DNA of 64,000 nt from a virus (IMGVR_UViG_3300030116_002312:2260-66259); one strand, 5' to 3'; shown: positions 1-10,722, counted from the first letter of the stretch. Notes: a model not told the origin generated them from the letters alone. Made by a program: numbers and translations.

Positions 1-186
1 GATGTTCAATATGGACTGGTTACATCAGCTACAGCAGGTGGGGCCACACAAAGTGTTGCTACCACAAAATCTTTAGCTATGACAAGTGGAGTTCCTTTAT
101 TTCCTTTTGTTGGTGTAGAAACTTTAACCACTGCCGCTAAAACAATTATTTTATTCTACGAAAGAATTAGTAGGATCATAGGCTAG
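1..186 (+). CDS. C-terminal fragment of tail fibre/spike protein (homolog of 59492..60880)
   Basis: Frame 1 reads DVQYGLVTSATAGGATQSVATTKSLA...YERISRIIG*, aligning with the end of 59492..60880. Confidence 0.85.
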   Translation, partial: DVQYGLVTSATAGGATQSVATTKSLAMTSGVPLFPFVGVETLTTAAKTIILFYERISRIIG

Positions 187-239
187 TTGTATTAATAAAA
201 AATTTTTACTATATTGGTAGAAATTTAATTTAATATAAC

Positions 240-632
240 ATGAAAACAGAAAAGGTAATTAAAAAGGTCTGTAAAGAAGTCCAGGACCTTCTCATAAAAA
301 AAAATAAAGACTACGGAGATTCTGCTCTAAACCCATCAAATGTATTTTCTAAAGGAGACGTTTTTGAATCATTAGGATCAAGAATAGATGATAAACTTAT
401 GCGTATACAAAACGTAGGGGTTTGTGATGAAACAGAAGACACTATACTAGACTTAATAGGTTATCTTATTTTATATAAATCAGCCATGATAATGGAAAGG
501 GACAAGGTGTATAATGAAGAAAAAGATTTTATTGAAAACGGAGGGCATCTTTCTGTAAATGGCAGAATGTTAAGTACAGTAGATGATTTAGATATTTATT
601 ACTCAGAAAAAGAAGAAGAAAATGGAAATTGA
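240..632 (+). CDS. Nucleotide-modification-associated domain 1 (Nmad1/DUF1599-like) helical protein
   Basis: KKNKDYGDS...RIDDKLMRI...DTILDLIGYLIL signature. Confidence 0.7.
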   Translation: MKTEKVIKKVCKEVQDLLIKKNKDYGDSALNPSNVFSKGDVFESLGSRIDDKLMRIQNVGVCDETEDTILDLIGYLILYKSAMIMERDKVYNEEKDFIENGGHLSVNGRMLSTVDDLDIYYSEKEEENGN

Positions 633-903
633 ATCAATAAATCCTATTATAAGAAAAATAACAATAGGAGACTTAAAACAAGGATTAACCTACAAGGTGG
701 GTCAAAAAATGCTAGGTGGTTCGGTAGAGGTAACAGCAATCATTCAAGATGAAGCAGCGTGGTACAAACATCAACAAGTTGTTTATGATGTATACACAAG
801 ATCGGAGGGTGAAGAGTTTTCTAGACCATGGAAAAGATTTTTCGATCAACCAACAGCTATAGAATTTGATGTTCAAGAAAGAGATTCTTACGAAGTAAAA
901 TAA
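622..903 (+). CDS. Hypothetical phage protein
   Basis: ORF track; conserved, but frameshifted, in second copy. Confidence 0.8.
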   Translation: MEIESINPIIRKITIGDLKQGLTYKVGQKMLGGSVEVTAIIQDEAAWYKHQQVVYDVYTRSEGEEFSRPWKRFFDQPTAIEFDVQERDSYEVK

Positions 904-906
904 CAT

Positions 907-1488
907 ATGAAGCCAATTAAAGATTATTTTTTTGTCAAGGTTGAGAAAACAACTGAGGACACTGTAGATATTAACGGAACAGAATTAATAATAGATACTA
1001 GCTACGACCCAATGAAACTAGCTAGGCAGCATGGTGTTGTTGTAGAAACTCCTATATCATTTTCTAAAGGGGTTAAGCTAGATGTTAAAGAGGGGGACAT
1101 TGTTTATTGTCATCACTTTTTAGTAGAAAAAGAAAATGAAGTAAAGTTTTATGAACAAGATCTTGTGTATAAAATTCATTGGAGTGATGTGTACTGTAGG
1201 GAAAGAAATGGTAAATTAAAGATGTTACATTATTGGAATTTTGTTGAACAAAAAATGGAGAACGAAGAAGATTTTAAAACCGAATCTGGACTAATAACAA
1301 AGCCTTATATGGAAGAAGTTAAACTACATGGATACATAAGGTATATGAATGATTGGATGAAAAAACAGGGTATAAAAGAGGGTGATGAGGTTATTTTTTC
1401 AGAAAATTCAGAGTATGACATGAATATTATGGGTAAAAAGTTGATGAGGATGAGAAATTTTGATATCTTAGCTAAAATAGAAAAATAG
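907..1488 (+). CDS. Tandem GroES-like co-chaperonin (two Cpn10-like domains)
   Basis: MKPIKDYFFVK...GVVV...VKEGDIV and KTESGLI...IKEGDEVIFS...MRNFDILA. Confidence 0.8.
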   Translation: MKPIKDYFFVKVEKTTEDTVDINGTELIIDTSYDPMKLARQHGVVVETPISFSKGVKLDVKEGDIVYCHHFLVEKENEVKFYEQDLVYKIHWSDVYCRERNGKLKMLHYWNFVEQKMENEEDFKTESGLITKPYMEEVKLHGYIRYMNDWMKKQGIKEGDEVIFSENSEYDMNIMGKKLMRMRNFDILAKIEK

Positions 1489-1489
1489 T

Positions 1490-1792
1490 ATGGAGGATCA
1501 TGAAATTTTAGACATATGCATGGAAAACTCTTATGATCTCATCATGGGAAAAAAATCTCTAGATGAAATACTAGACTCAAGCGAAGTACCCTATATCTTA
1601 TGGAATGCGGTTAGCAACAAGGACCTTGAAGGAACTATATTTAATGATGTTTTAGATCTTATGATAAAATATTACGAAGATATAGAGGCTTACGAAAGGT
1701 GTTCAAAATTATTAAAATTTAAGAAAAATGAGAAGCTTAGACGTAAAAAAAAGATTAGAGGAATTAATAGAATCAGGAAAACAGGCGTTTGA
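1490..1792 (+). CDS. Hypothetical protein with UVR-like C-terminal motif
   Basis: YYEDIEAYERCSKL motif; conserved in second copy. Confidence 0.65.
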   Translation: MEDHEILDICMENSYDLIMGKKSLDEILDSSEVPYILWNAVSNKDLEGTIFNDVLDLMIKYYEDIEAYERCSKLLKFKKNEKLRRKKKIRGINRIRKTGV

Positions 1793-2018
1793 TTTACTAC
1801 TAGAAGAGGTTAAAAAACCTATAGACCCAGAACTACAAGATGATAAAGCTAGAAATGCTATGAAGGCAAAAAAAGAGTGTTTCATGGACGCTCAAGAAAT
1901 ATTAATGTCTATAAACAAAATTCAAAAACAAATAGAAAACGAAAACGTAGAAGAAAATATAGATAAAGAGGAAAGTTCTTTTCAGGCTGGGTTCTCAGAA
2001 AAATACGCTAAAAAATAG
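1728..2018 (+). CDS. Small helical protein, candidate terminase small subunit
   Basis: Directly upstream of TerL; nearly identical in second copy; function inferred from position. Confidence 0.55.
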   Translation: MRSLDVKKRLEELIESGKQAFDLLLEEVKKPIDPELQDDKARNAMKAKKECFMDAQEILMSINKIQKQIENENVEENIDKEESSFQAGFSEKYAKK

Positions 2019-2037
2019 AGAGTACAATTTATTTTAC

Positions 2038-2045
2038 TATATTTG
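2038..2045 (+). promoter_or_regulatory. Bacteroidota -7 promoter element (TATATTTG) upstream of terL
   Basis: Matches TAnnTTTG; intergenic region conserved in second copy. Confidence 0.7.
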
Positions 2046-2066
2046 CATAATTGGTAAAAATTTCTT

Positions 2067-4094
2067 ATGGAAGGAAAAATAAGAGTAAATGGATTAGAAT
2101 TTAAGCTCCCTCCTAAGCCCAGGAAAAAAGACATTCTTTTTTCAGATCTAAAAAAGAAAGATCAAAAGTGGAAAAGGACGGAACTTCCAGACACCCTTTC
2201 AGAAGAAACAGCAGCCAGTCATTCAGAGTTTATAAGCACGGAGTTTGAAAGAAGAAAGAGTGGTGTTTGGTTTATGAATAATGGAAAACCTACCTACATA
2301 ACAGGTGAACATTATTATTATTTAAACTGGTGCAAACTAGATATAGGTTACCCTGAGTATAGAGATAGGGATAGAAGGTTCTTTATTTTTTGGGAAATAT
2401 GTAAAAACGATCCAGAGTGTTTTGGAATGGTGATGGTTAAACACCGTAGAGAGGGTGCTTCTTACAAGGGTGCCGCTATGTTATTATACGAGATAACATC
2501 TAGATATAATTCACACGGTGGTATTATAAGTAAAACAGGAGTAGATGCTAAGTCTTTATTTACAGACAAATTAGTTTATATGTTTAGACACCTACCTTTT
2601 TTCTTTCAACCTATTATAGATGGTAGCGATAATCCAAAGAGCACTTTAAGTTTTAATGCTCCAGGACAAAAGATTTCTAAAAACTTTAAGAAGATTGTAA
2701 AGTCAGAAGCATTAAACAGTAAGATAGATTGGAGGAACACAAAAGACAACTCTTATGATTCAGTAAAGTTAATTAGATATTTGTGTGATGAGGGTGGTAA
2801 ATGGGTAGATGCTAATGTGGAAAAGAACTGGCAAGTTGTTAGATCTTGTTTAACACTAGGTGATAAGATTATAGGAAAATGTTTTATGCCTACCACGGTA
2901 AACGAAATGGCAGATTCAGGTGGAGAAAGGTTTAAGAATATATGGGATGATAGCAGTATAGAAGAAAGAGATGGTAATGGAAGAACTAGATCTGGTATGT
3001 ATAGCTACTTTACTCCAGCTTACGATGGGTATGAAGGGTTTATAGATGAGTATGGGATGTCTGTTGTAGACACACCAACAAAAGAACAGGCTAGGTTTAT
3101 AGGTAAAAATATAGGAGCTAAAGAATATCTTCAAAACGTAAGAGAAGGCTATAAGAAAAATACAACTAAGCTTTCTGAAGAAAAAAGACAAAGACCGTTT
3201 ACTGTAGAAGAGGCTTTTAGAAGTGACTCTAGACACAGTCCTTTTGATGTAGAAAGAATATATCAACAAATGGATTATAATGAAGAGTCAGAGGGATTAA
3301 TAGTAAAGGGTGACTTTATATGGAAAGATGGGATGAAGGACACTAAAGTTCTTTGGAAACCAGGATCTACTGGTAGATGGAGAATATCTTGGTTGCCTCC
3401 AGAAGAAAGAAGAAATAATATAAAGATGAAGGGTAATAGAAAGTGCCCAGGAAACGAAATAGAAATGGTGGCTGGATGTGATCCTTACGATCACGACACA
3501 ACAACGGATGGTAGAAGATCGGATGCAGCTTGTTATGTTTATAAGAAGTTTACAATGATGGATGATTTTTCTAACGTGTTTGTTTGTGAGTATATAGCTA
3601 GGCCACCTAAGGCAGAAATGTTTTACGAGGATGTTCTTAAGACTTGTGTTTTTTATGGGTGTCCTATATTAGTAGAAAATAATAAAATAGGTATTTTAAA
3701 GTATTTTGAAAGAAGGGGATATTATGAGTATTTAATGGATAGGCCAGAATCAACTCATACAGATAGTAGTAGAAAACAAAAAACAAAAGGAATACCTTCA
3801 ACAGGTGTTGCTGTATTGAATGCACAAACAGAAGCTATAGCTTCTTATGTGTATGATTATGTAGGAATACTTGATTTGGATAAAATGGAAATGGGTAAAT
3901 GTTATTTTAACAGACTACTTGATGATTGGAGTCGTTTTGAACCAGATAATAGAACAAAGTATGATGCTACTGTTGCATCTAGTTTAGCTTTACTTGGTGC
4001 TCAAAAACATGTTACACAGAAGAAAGTTAAAAAAATAAGTATTAACTTTATAAAAAAATATAATAATTCAGGATTAATATCTAAGAGAATATAG
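2067..4094 (+). CDS. terL: Terminase large subunit
   Basis: VKHRREGAS Walker A-like, YLCDEGGK Walker B, AGCDPYD RNase H-like nuclease, LVENN and YDATVA motifs. Confidence 0.92.
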   Translation: MEGKIRVNGLEFKLPPKPRKKDILFSDLKKKDQKWKRTELPDTLSEETAASHSEFISTEFERRKSGVWFMNNGKPTYITGEHYYYLNWCKLDIGYPEYRDRDRRFFIFWEICKNDPECFGMVMVKHRREGASYKGAAMLLYEITSRYNSHGGIISKTGVDAKSLFTDKLVYMFRHLPFFFQPIIDGSDNPKSTLSFNAPGQKISKNFKKIVKSEALNSKIDWRNTKDNSYDSVKLIRYLCDEGGKWVDANVEKNWQVVRSCLTLGDKIIGKCFMPTTVNEMADSGGERFKNIWDDSSIEERDGNGRTRSGMYSYFTPAYDGYEGFIDEYGMSVVDTPTKEQARFIGKNIGAKEYLQNVREGYKKNTTKLSEEKRQRPFTVEEAFRSDSRHSPFDVERIYQQMDYNEESEGLIVKGDFIWKDGMKDTKVLWKPGSTGRWRISWLPPEERRNNIKMKGNRKCPGNEIEMVAGCDPYDHDTTTDGRRSDAACYVYKKFTMMDDFSNVFVCEYIARPPKAEMFYEDVLKTCVFYGCPILVENNKIGILKYFERRGYYEYLMDRPESTHTDSSRKQKTKGIPSTGVAVLNAQTEAIASYVYDYVGILDLDKMEMGKCYFNRLLDDWSRFEPDNRTKYDATVASSLALLGAQKHVTQKKVKKISINFIKKYNNSGLISKRI

Positions 4095-6506
4095 ATGAAA
4101 GCACAATTTGAAACTATAGGGGGGTATCCTACTATTTTTGTTAGCAACGAAGATAAAGCTAAAAACGAATACGGTCTTCAGTATTTTAAAAGAATGTATC
4201 ACGACTGGAAAAACAACAGTCAAATGAACTATCAAGATAGAAAAAGAAGATTTGAAAAAATGAGATCCTACGCAGAAGGAACTCAAAGTGTTGGTAAATA
4301 TAAAGATTTATTAGATGTTCAGGGCGACAGTTCTTATATGAATATAGATTGGACTCCAGTTTCCATAGTGCCTAAGTTTGTTGATGTTGTTTGTGGTAGT
4401 ATTATTAATCAAGAACACACCGTAAAAGCAAACGCTATAGATCCTATATCCATAGATGTTAGAAGAAAGGATACCAGAAAGATGGTAGCTGACATGTTAT
4501 TAAGGCCAGTTAGATCTGCTATGACTCAAAAAACTGGAAGGACTTATGATAAACCTGGGTTTGTAGCTAAAGATTATGATGAAATAAAAATATTCATGTC
4601 TTTAAATTATAAACAGGCTCAGGAAATAGCTATAGAGAATGGAATCACTTTTGTTTTACAACAAAATGATTTTGAAGAAATGAGAAAAAAATTAATAAGG
4701 GATATGGTTGTTATTGGAACAGCGGCTATAAAAACTTATATAGACCCTTCTTATGGAGTAAAAATAAGATATGTTGATCCAGCAAACTTAATAACATCTC
4801 ACACGAACTATCCTGATTATAAAAACATACAGCACGCTGGTGAAATCTATACAATATCTATAGCTGAATTAAAACAAATGGCTGGTGATCAGTTCACAGA
4901 AGAAGAGTATAAAGATATAGCACAAAATTACGCAAAGAAAACAGAAGATACTGATTACATGAATAATGGTAGGTTTTCTGGTATAGGGGATTATAATCAC
5001 GAATATGATAAGTTTTCTATAGAGATAATGGATGCTGAGTTTATATCTACCTATGACATGAAGTATGAAAAGAAACAAAATAACTTTGGTGGATATGCGG
5101 TAAATAAAAGAGGTTATAACTACAAGCTTCCTAAAAACTCAAAAAACAAAAGAGAGGTTATAAGAAATAGCGTAAAGGTTGTTTACAGCGGTAAATACAT
5201 TGTAGGTACAGATTATATATTTGATTATGGTCTTGCTAAAAACATGTCCAGAAAAAAATCAAAACTATCTGAAGTTTCTTTGTCATATATGGTTTATACT
5301 CCAAATATTCACAAAATGCAGAACGTTTCTTTGGTTCAAAGAATGATTCCTTTTGGAGATCAAATACAACTAGCTCACTTAAAAATGCAACAGGTAATGG
5401 CTAAAGCTAGACCAAAAGGAGCTGCTTTTGAGGTAGGATCTTTAGAAAATGTTTCTAAAGGAGATGGTGGAACATTTACACCTCTTGAGCTTCAAGAAAT
5501 ATTTGATCAAACAGGTAATATATACTATAGAAGAATGGATGATGAGGGTATGGCCTCAAACGCTGTTCCTATACAAGAATTAGAGAATGGTATTGGTAGA
5601 GACATGTTGCAGTTAATTCAAATATATCAACACAATTTACAGATGATTAGAGATGTAACGGGTGTTAATGAGGCTAGGGATGGAACTAAACCATCTAGTG
5701 AGGCTTTGGTTGGTGTGCAGAAAATGCAGTTGTTAGCATCTAATAATGCTACTAGAAGTATAAATGATGGTTATTTGAAAATATACAAAAACTTATCAGA
5801 GTCTATATGTTTAAAGCTACAAGATATAGTAGAGTATGATAAAGCTATTGATGGTTATATATCAGCCATAGGTAGTTCTACTATAGAAACTATAAGAATA
5901 AACAAAGATGTTTCCGCTAGAGACTTTGGTATATTTGTTGAAATAGCTCCTGATGAAGAAGAAAAAGCTAGACTGGAACAAAATATTCAGGTTTCTATAG
6001 CACAAAAAGAACTTCGTATAGAAGATGCTATTATGATCAGAGACATAAATAATGTTAAGCTAGCTAATCAATTACTTATTCTTAGAAGAAAAAAGTATCA
6101 AGAAGAACAAATGGCTATGCAAAAAGCTGCCTCTCAAGCTAACGCTCAACAACAACAACAATCTGTTATGGCCGCTACACAAGCAAAACAACAAGAATTG
6201 CAAATGGAGGCCCAAATAGAAATGCAAAAAATGCAAGCAGAAGCACAGATAGAAAGTCAAAAAATGCAATTAGAGTTTCAGTTAAAAAATCAATTTGAAG
6301 AAGCTTCTCATAAAAGAAGATTAAACGAAATTCACTTAACTAATCAAGCTAAAGTTGCTGCTGGAAAAATACAAGGAGATTCTAGAAAAGATAGTATAGA
6401 AAAAAGTGCTCACTTTCAATCAAGAATGATCGAGCAAAGAAAGGGCAATCAACCACCGATAGAGAATCCTGATGAAGAGTTTGGTGCGTTACCAGACATG
6501 GAATAA
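4095..6506 (+). CDS. Portal protein
   Basis: 803 aa after TerL; IRDVTGVNEARDG motif; Q-rich coiled-coil C-terminal barrel. Confidence 0.85.
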   Translation: MKAQFETIGGYPTIFVSNEDKAKNEYGLQYFKRMYHDWKNNSQMNYQDRKRRFEKMRSYAEGTQSVGKYKDLLDVQGDSSYMNIDWTPVSIVPKFVDVVCGSIINQEHTVKANAIDPISIDVRRKDTRKMVADMLLRPVRSAMTQKTGRTYDKPGFVAKDYDEIKIFMSLNYKQAQEIAIENGITFVLQQNDFEEMRKKLIRDMVVIGTAAIKTYIDPSYGVKIRYVDPANLITSHTNYPDYKNIQHAGEIYTISIAELKQMAGDQFTEEEYKDIAQNYAKKTEDTDYMNNGRFSGIGDYNHEYDKFSIEIMDAEFISTYDMKYEKKQNNFGGYAVNKRGYNYKLPKNSKNKREVIRNSVKVVYSGKYIVGTDYIFDYGLAKNMSRKKSKLSEVSLSYMVYTPNIHKMQNVSLVQRMIPFGDQIQLAHLKMQQVMAKARPKGAAFEVGSLENVSKGDGGTFTPLELQEIFDQTGNIYYRRMDDEGMASNAVPIQELENGIGRDMLQLIQIYQHNLQMIRDVTGVNEARDGTKPSSEALVGVQKMQLLASNNATRSINDGYLKIYKNLSESICLKLQDIVEYDKAIDGYISAIGSSTIETIRINKDVSARDFGIFVEIAPDEEEKARLEQNIQVSIAQKELRIEDAIMIRDINNVKLANQLLILRRKKYQEEQMAMQKAASQANAQQQQQSVMAATQAKQQELQMEAQIEMQKMQAEAQIESQKMQLEFQLKNQFEEASHKRRLNEIHLTNQAKVAAGKIQGDSRKDSIEKSAHFQSRMIEQRKGNQPPIENPDEEFGALPDME

Positions 6507-6523
6507 AAATATATGAGTAAAAT

Positions 6524-6555
6524 TTTGTTTTAAACAAATAAAATAATTACTTTTG
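6524..6555 (+). promoter_or_regulatory. Bacteroidota promoter for scaffold/capsid operon
   Basis: TTTG (6524)-N20-TACTTTTG (6548). Confidence 0.8.
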
Positions 6556-6587
6556 CGAAAATATTGTTTAATTTAATTTAATTTATT

Positions 6588-7724
6588 ATGGCAGACGAAA
6601 TGGGAGACATCATCGCAAGTGAAATGGGCGGTGAGGTAGTATCTAATGATAATTCACAAGTTGCTGAGGTAGTTGATTTATCAACACCAGCACCACAAGA
6701 ATCAGTAGAAGCTACACAAGAAGCTCCACAACAAATACAACAGGAGGAACCTGTTCAAACAGAGAATCCTGTAGAACAAAATAATGATCGTTCTTTAAAT
6801 ACTGAATCTAGCAATCAACCTGCACAAGAGGTAAGTCAAGAACCTACGCAATCTGAAATAAATGAAGGCTTTATAAACTACATGAACGAGCAGTTCGGTA
6901 CAGAGTTTTCTTCTATTGATGATGCTAAAAATGCTCTATCACCACGAGAACAAAGTTTTGCTAACGAGCAGATAGCACAAATGAACAAGTTCGTAAGTGA
7001 AACTGGTAGATCAGTTATTGACTATTTACAATCTCAAGCTATTGACTACGGGAAGATGTCTAATGAAAATGTAATGAAGGTTTATATGAAACAAAATAAT
7101 CCTGATCTTACAAACGAAGAAGTTGACTTATTAGTTAATTCTAAGTACAAATTAGGTGACGGTAACGGTAGCGAAACGGATAAAAAACTTGGACAGATTG
7201 AGCTTAAAAGAGATGTTGCTAATGCAAGAAAAGATCTTTTGAAAATGCAAGAACAATACAGAATGCCTATAGAAAACGAAGGTATGAGTAATGAGGAGGC
7301 AAATGAAATAAGACAAGATTGGATTAATAGCATGAAAAATGAAGTGGCTGATGTAGAGTCTTTATCTTTCGATATAAATGACAATGGAGAAGTTTTTGAT
7401 TTTCATTTAACTGATGATCACAAAAGATCACTGGTGGAATCAAACTCTAATCTTAATAATTTTTTCGATAGGTATATAGAGGAATCAGGCAACTGGAACT
7501 TTGACAAATTAAACATTGACATGTTTGTTTTGGATAATTTTCAAGATATCATAAGAAGTGTTGCAAGTCAATATAGGTCCAAAGGCACCGAGCAGGTGGT
7601 AAGGGATATAAAAAATCCATCGTTTAACAACGAGCCTAGAAGCACTACAACTCAGTCTAAATCGATTCTTGAGCAGCTAGATGATCAGATACATGGAGGG
7701 AACAATTCATTATGGAATAGATAA
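6588..7724 (+). CDS. Capsid scaffolding protein (putative)
   Basis: Acidic disordered N-terminus, between portal and capsid. Confidence 0.65.
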   Translation: MADEMGDIIASEMGGEVVSNDNSQVAEVVDLSTPAPQESVEATQEAPQQIQQEEPVQTENPVEQNNDRSLNTESSNQPAQEVSQEPTQSEINEGFINYMNEQFGTEFSSIDDAKNALSPREQSFANEQIAQMNKFVSETGRSVIDYLQSQAIDYGKMSNENVMKVYMKQNNPDLTNEEVDLLVNSKYKLGDGNGSETDKKLGQIELKRDVANARKDLLKMQEQYRMPIENEGMSNEEANEIRQDWINSMKNEVADVESLSFDINDNGEVFDFHLTDDHKRSLVESNSNLNNFFDRYIEESGNWNFDKLNIDMFVLDNFQDIIRSVASQYRSKGTEQVVRDIKNPSFNNEPRSTTTQSKSILEQLDDQIHGGNNSLWNR

Positions 7725-7754
7725 TAACAAATATTAATTTAAAATTTTTAAAAA

Positions 7755-9206
7755 ATGGCAACAGTAAATATACCTAGCGGTATGCTAATAAAGCCTTCAG
7801 CAGTTCAAGTTGCAACTAACGAGAACTATGTAAGTGCTTTAACAGCTACTTCAGGTCAATTTAGACAAAGAGATGTCTCTGAAAAACTTGTTAAGCGTTA
7901 TGGCGAACAAGGTATTACAGGACTTATGGAGCTAATGGGATCAAAGGCTCCTTCTTCAAACACTACGTTTGAACACTACGAAGAAACTTTTGTACATCAC
8001 AGTGTATCTGCAACTTTCTCATCTGCTTCAGCAAACAATGCTGCTGAGGTAACCCTTACTCTTCAATCAGATTCTTATAATGAAGACTTTATAGGAACTG
8101 ACGATTATTCAGCGGTAAGACCAGGTGATATCTTAAGAGATAAAGATGGTGATATGTGGTACGTGATTAGCACACAAATGCCTAGTGCATCTACAAGAAC
8201 TGTTAAAGTTCACTCTATAGATGGTGCTAACCAAGCAAAAACAGGTACAGGTGATGCATATGAGTTTGTAATTATTGGTAATGCTCACCCAGAAGGTGGT
8301 ATACAACCAGATGGATTATCTCCATTAATTTATGAATACTCTAACAAGTGTATGATTTTAAAAGAATCTTTTGAGGTAACAGGTTCTGAGGCTACAAACA
8401 TTGTATACGTAAAAGTTGACAATGAAAAAATGGGATCAGGATATGTATGGTACTTAAAAGGTGAAGCTGACACTTACAAGAGATTCTTAGATTATTCTGA
8501 GATTATGATGATGTTAGGTGAGGATATCACTAACGCTACTCTAGAAGGTGTTAATACAACTTTCCAAAGTGGTACTGCACAAAGTAACGCAACACTTAGA
8601 GGAACTCAAGGTTTACTTCCTTGGATAGAGTCTAACGGACAGTCTATGGACTTAGGTTCTGCTTCTATCACAATGGCAGACTTTGATGCTATTATTAAAT
8701 CATTAGATAAATATAGAGGTGCTAAAGAATACGCTATGTATTCAGGTATCAATCTATCTTTAGATATTGATGACTTATTAGCTGCTCAAGGAGCTTATGC
8801 TGCTGGTGGTGCTAACTATGGTGCTTTCCAAAATAATAAAAACATGGCGTTAAACTTAGGTTTCAACTCATTCACTAGAGGAGGTTATACATTCCATAAG
8901 AAAACTTATGATTTATTTAACCACCCTAGATTATTAGGAGCTACTGGATTTAACTACAATGGATATGGTGTTTGTATTCCTATGGATACACAAAAAGATG
9001 CTAGATCTGGCGAAAGTATTCCATCGTTAAGAATACGATATAAAGCTGCTAATGGTTACTCTAGAGATATGGAGCACTGGTTAACTGGTTCTGCTGTTCT
9101 ACAAAACAAAACTAACACTTCTGACGTGCTACAATCGCACTACAGATGTGAAAGAGGTTTTGAAGGATTTGCGGCTAACAGATACATGTTAATCAAGAAA
9201 TCTTAA
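7755..9206 (+). CDS. Major capsid protein
   Basis: 483 aa, position, GTQGLLPWI motif, biased high-expression codons. Confidence 0.82.
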   Translation: MATVNIPSGMLIKPSAVQVATNENYVSALTATSGQFRQRDVSEKLVKRYGEQGITGLMELMGSKAPSSNTTFEHYEETFVHHSVSATFSSASANNAAEVTLTLQSDSYNEDFIGTDDYSAVRPGDILRDKDGDMWYVISTQMPSASTRTVKVHSIDGANQAKTGTGDAYEFVIIGNAHPEGGIQPDGLSPLIYEYSNKCMILKESFEVTGSEATNIVYVKVDNEKMGSGYVWYLKGEADTYKRFLDYSEIMMMLGEDITNATLEGVNTTFQSGTAQSNATLRGTQGLLPWIESNGQSMDLGSASITMADFDAIIKSLDKYRGAKEYAMYSGINLSLDIDDLLAAQGAYAAGGANYGAFQNNKNMALNLGFNSFTRGGYTFHKKTYDLFNHPRLLGATGFNYNGYGVCIPMDTQKDARSGESIPSLRIRYKAANGYSRDMEHWLTGSAVLQNKTNTSDVLQSHYRCERGFEGFAANRYMLIKKS

Positions 9207-9233
9207 TTATTAACCTTATAAAATTTATATAAA

Positions 9234-9701
9234 ATGGCACAAATTTTTGGAGACAAACTATTAATGTTTCACGTTTCTACAGTAGATTCAAACTCTGTTA
9301 CCAATGCTGATGATGGTACTAATATTGATTTAGCAGCTTTTCCTGCTAAAAACATTAGTTCTATAGCAGCAGAAAATAATGGTAGTGGTTTAGTTTACAT
9401 TTACTTTACTGGAGGAACGAAGTATGAACCAGGCATGATGGCTGCTACAACAGAACAAGATTCTGATGACACCACAGCTATGGTTAATATCTTCGAATCA
9501 ATGGAGCAAGCATTTGTTAGAGTTACTTGTACTTCTGGAAAAGAAGCTGCGGTTATAGAAGACCTTTGGGTTGCTATGAACTCAGTTTCTGCTGGACCAG
9601 TTTTAAAATTCGATGCTGTAAACAATGTTTACCCTATCGAAAATGTTACTGGACTTCAAGTTAGACGACACGTTACGTCTGCTACAGTTACTTCTGACTA
9701 A
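9234..9701 (+). CDS. Putative auxiliary capsid/decoration protein
   Basis: Follows MCP; similar codon bias. Confidence 0.5.
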   Translation: MAQIFGDKLLMFHVSTVDSNSVTNADDGTNIDLAAFPAKNISSIAAENNGSGLVYIYFTGGTKYEPGMMAATTEQDSDDTTAMVNIFESMEQAFVRVTCTSGKEAAVIEDLWVAMNSVSAGPVLKFDAVNNVYPIENVTGLQVRRHVTSATVTSD

Positions 9702-9757
9702 TAACAATTAATAGACTGTCTTGAAATGATATATAGGCAGGATAAAGAACACATTAA

Positions 9758-9780
9758 GGAGGGGGAGTTTCTCCTCCTCC
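9758..9780 (+). terminator. GC-rich hairpin after capsid genes (terminator or stabiliser)
   Basis: GGAGGGGGAG-TTT-CTCCTCCTCC 10-bp stem; U-tract delayed. Confidence 0.55.
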
Positions 9781-9819
9781 AAGATGTTTTAATTTTAATT
9801 TAATTTAATTTTTAATACA

Positions 9820-10722
9820 ATGACTACAAAAAAAACTACAAAAGTAAAGGAGCCAATGGTTACTACAACTGTTGAGACTCCAGTGGCAGAAAAGCCAGTT
9901 AAAAAAACAAATACTCACGGAATAAAAAACCTAAATCAAGGTTTTAAGAAAATTTCTAAACAAGCTGTTACATATAGATTAATAAAAGAAAGAAGGGATC
10001 GTAAAGGTCATCTTAAGTTTCCTATTGTTTATATGTTAAAAGCTGAAGATATTATATTTGATGAAGAAAAGGGTATAAATAGAAAAATAAGATACATACC
10101 TGGAGAATCATCTATATTTGAAGATGAGCAAAAAGAAGATGCAAAAATAAAATCACCTATTACATTTAATAATGGATTCTTAAGAGTTGACTATACAAAT
10201 CCTACTTTAAAAAAGTTTTTAGATATGTGTAATGCTAATGCTAGCAATCCTAATAGGGTAGCTACATCACCAGCTATATTTAAATTTATGGATTACGCTA
10301 AACAAGCTCAAGAAAAGTTAGAGAAAAGTGTTAAGTCTATGGATGCTTTAAAATTAGTTTTTGATCTTCCTTTAGATAAATTAATAGGTTACGCTCAAGT
10401 TTTAGGAGTAAAAGTTGATAAGTCTACAGATGAAATTAGATATGACATGAAAGTTTTGGCTGAAAAAGATCCTGAAAAATTTATAACAGGACTTGACGAT
10501 CCTAAAATGGAAATTAAACAAACTTTAATTAGAGCTAAAAATCATAATATTATAGATTGGAACGCTCAACAAGTTATGTGGGTTCAAGGAGACAAAAGAC
10601 CTGTAATAACAAAAGTGCCATTGGGAGTTAAGCCAGTGGACTTTTTAGCTGATAAATGTATGACTGATTCTGGTAGTTCTATTATGGACCAGATAAAAAT
10701 ACACTTATCTAAATATAATTAA
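9820..10722 (+). CDS. Hypothetical virion/assembly protein
   Basis: 300 aa ORF in structural module. Confidence 0.7.
   Translation: MTTKKTTKVKEPMVTTTVETPVAEKPVKKTNTHGIKNLNQGFKKISKQAVTYRLIKERRDRKGHLKFPIVYMLKAEDIIFDEEKGINRKIRYIPGESSIFEDEQKEDAKIKSPITFNNGFLRVDYTNPTLKKFLDMCNANASNPNRVATSPAIFKFMDYAKQAQEKLEKSVKSMDALKLVFDLPLDKLIGYAQVLGVKVDKSTDEIRYDMKVLAEKDPEKFITGLDDPKMEIKQTLIRAKNHNIIDWNAQQVMWVQGDKRPVITKVPLGVKPVDFLADKCMTDSGSSIMDQIKIHLSKYN

Larger units (their letters stand above)
1..3311 (+). repeat. Copy A of diverged terminal duplication
   Basis: Colinear with 60695..64000; same genes, many synonymous differences. Confidence 0.97.
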
